Shown here piece after piece: positions 48,484 through 49,966 of a stretch of 49,966 nt of DNA (position 1 is its first letter; each line of letters opens with the position of its first letter). A model generated the notes under the pieces. It saw only the letters and a list, made by a program, of their open reading frames with translations. It had not been told where the DNA came from and ran no database searches. A program made the translations under genes and the position numbers. The DNA comes from Blastocystis sp. subtype 4. Its lineage: Eukaryota. Location of the stretch: NCBI RefSeq assembly GCF_000743755.1, contig NW_014569508.1, forward strand, positions 1-49,966, written 5' to 3'.

Positions 48484-49798
48484 ATGGGTCAACAGTTCTC
48501 AGGGGATGGAACAATTACCTCTGTAAATAAGGAATTTGTGCTCCCTTCCTGGTACATGTGTGACATGTAGATGAGTCAGTAGGTATAACCCGAATCATGC
48601 TGTAACACACGCAACGATATCTGTTTGTAAATCATCGATTTCCATTCTATCTAGAGGAGATCAAGTTGTCTTTCAGCGAATTCGGGCGTTTGGAGTCTTT
48701 TAACTTTATTATTACTAGATTTGGATATTCACTATCACCAGCTGAATTCTTGTATAGGCAACTATTCTATCGTCTGGCGGTTTTGTCTCCACGCTTTCTC
48801 CGTGTACACTATTATCTTATTTTATTATGGTATAGGATAATTTACGTATTGATAGTGATGCTAGCCAACATCTTCGAACAAGCGACATCCTCCAATCAGA
48901 AGTTGCACATTCCTTTTTTGATGCGCTGTTGATTAACCCTATTTTGGAGCTTGCTCCTTATACTTCACAAGAGGATATTGACGCAGCTGTTGTTGTAATC
49001 GTTAATAGGCTCAATATCCAATATGGTATCGATGCTTCTTTATATTCGGATATCGCTTTTATCATTATGAATGTTCTTTCAGATTGTATGGGGTATGATT
49101 CTTCTGAATCTGTTACTCAGAGGTTCTTTTGAAACAACAAGTCAGTCCTGGACAGATGTCCTTTCAAAGATTCTTCAGACCTTTGTTTCTCTAAATCGTT
49201 TGTATTTCTTGTTTCCCTGAGTTGTAGTTGTCAACAAGAACCATTTCGGTACTTTCTCCATTCGTGAAACCATGCTTCAGTTGGGTCAGCCGTTCATCGA
49301 TTGGAGTAACGGATTACTGGGAACTGGGTACAATTTGGTGGATAACCAACACCAATGGCTTTTAACAATTGTGAATGTGTTGATTCATGTATGTACAAAG
49401 AACACTATGCAGATCAATCTTGATGATGTTTTGGATGCTTTGTGTGATTATACTTGTATCCACTTCACTGAAGAGGAGATGCTGTTTATGAACAATCCAT
49501 ATCCTTGATCTTGATGAATGCTGGTTCTTAACATAACGAATTATAGTGAGCGAGATCTTCATAAGGCTCAACATATCGTAATTATTTTTGGAATGTCATT
49601 TATTTGAAGGATTTCTTGAATACAATAGTGAATCTTAAGAAGGAGATTGGTATTGAAAGTAATGGGGTGTTGAGTAAACAAACATTGGATTATATGATTA
49701 ACTGGCTTACGAATCATATTCGTACTATGGATGTTGGTGATGATGAGATGAATAAGTTGTAGAGGAGAATGGTGGAAGAGTGTTTGACGAAAGCGTAA
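48484..49798 (+). CDS. Putative N-myristoylated globin-like + hemerythrin fusion protein
   Basis: MGQQFS start; globin-like helices (FYRLAVLSP; NIQYGIDASLYSDIAFIIMNVLSDCMGGSFETTSQSWTDVLSKI); hemerythrin WS..TG..VDNQH, HFTEEE, HKAQH, WLTNHIRTMD. Confidence 0.8.
49499..49537 (+). other. U12-type AT-AC intron (39 nt) in hemerythrin domain
   Basis: ATATCCTTG...TTCTTAAC-ATAAC. It contains in-frame stops, and removal gives MNNP-NYSERDLHKAQH. Confidence 0.9.
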
Positions 49799-49903
49799 TC
49801 GCTGGTAATGCATTGTGATTTCAGTGTGTAACTGTAAACACAGTTGCAGAATCATGTTTCTTAACAATATACAAAGAATGGTTCATTTGAGTCAACAAAC
49901 AGT

Positions 49904-49966
49904 TCATTTCACCCAGTTCATAAGACTCTTCAAAAGACCATAACACCAACGAATCCTAATTACAAT
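49904..49966 (-). CDS. 3' end of a gene entering from the right edge
   Basis: ...IRWCYGLLKSLMNWVK then T|GAAC|TGTTTGTT (49894-49901). Confidence 0.45.
   Translation of the reverse strand: MVIRIRWCYGLLKSLMNWVK

Noticed and set aside
49677..49684. AACAAACA as a minus-strand poly(A) element
   Set aside because: It falls in hemerythrin codons (SKQT); the neighbouring minus gene has its own element at 49894-49901.
1..49966. Prokaryotic systems, CRISPR arrays, transposons, rRNA/tRNA, alternative genetic code or mass pseudogenisation
   Set aside because: None were seen. The fragmented ORFs and in-frame stops are explained by short spliceosomal introns, and TAA, TAG and TGA all act as terminal stops.

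Overview
Gene-dense, AT-rich nuclear DNA from a eukaryote. About 30 protein-coding genes are split by very many tiny (mostly 28-32 nt) GT-AG introns, intergenic gaps are often only about 70-200 nt, and a TGTTTGTT element sits at gene 3' ends. Together these traits point to the gut stramenopile Blastocystis (inference, not database-checked). Recognisable genes: GNPTAB-like Stealth phosphotransferase, C2H2 zinc finger, IMPase, GAA1, a FYVE-FYVE-F-box-ARM protein, a CH-domain/charged-helix/TM protein, RAD23, PPR, CTU2, DCP2, a TRF4-like nucleotidyltransferase, kelch, divergent PP2A-B56, RPL24, an FHA/kanadaptin-like protein, TMEM161, a CAMKK-type kinase, a C2 protein, a GT-A glycosyltransferase, an intronless class II aldolase and a globin-hemerythrin fusion. 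Main signals: (1) seven candidate minor-spliceosome (U12-type) introns in 50 kb (four AT-AC, two AT-AG, one GT-AG), most only about 40 nt, with the branch motif a near-fixed 5-6 nt from the intron end; (2) at least three genes whose stop codon appears to be completed by polyadenylation (T or TA + 4 nt + TGTTTGTT); (3) a putatively myristoylated protein fusing a globin-like domain lacking the proximal His to an intact di-iron hemerythrin domain. All gene models were spliced by eye, so starts and exon borders are approximate.
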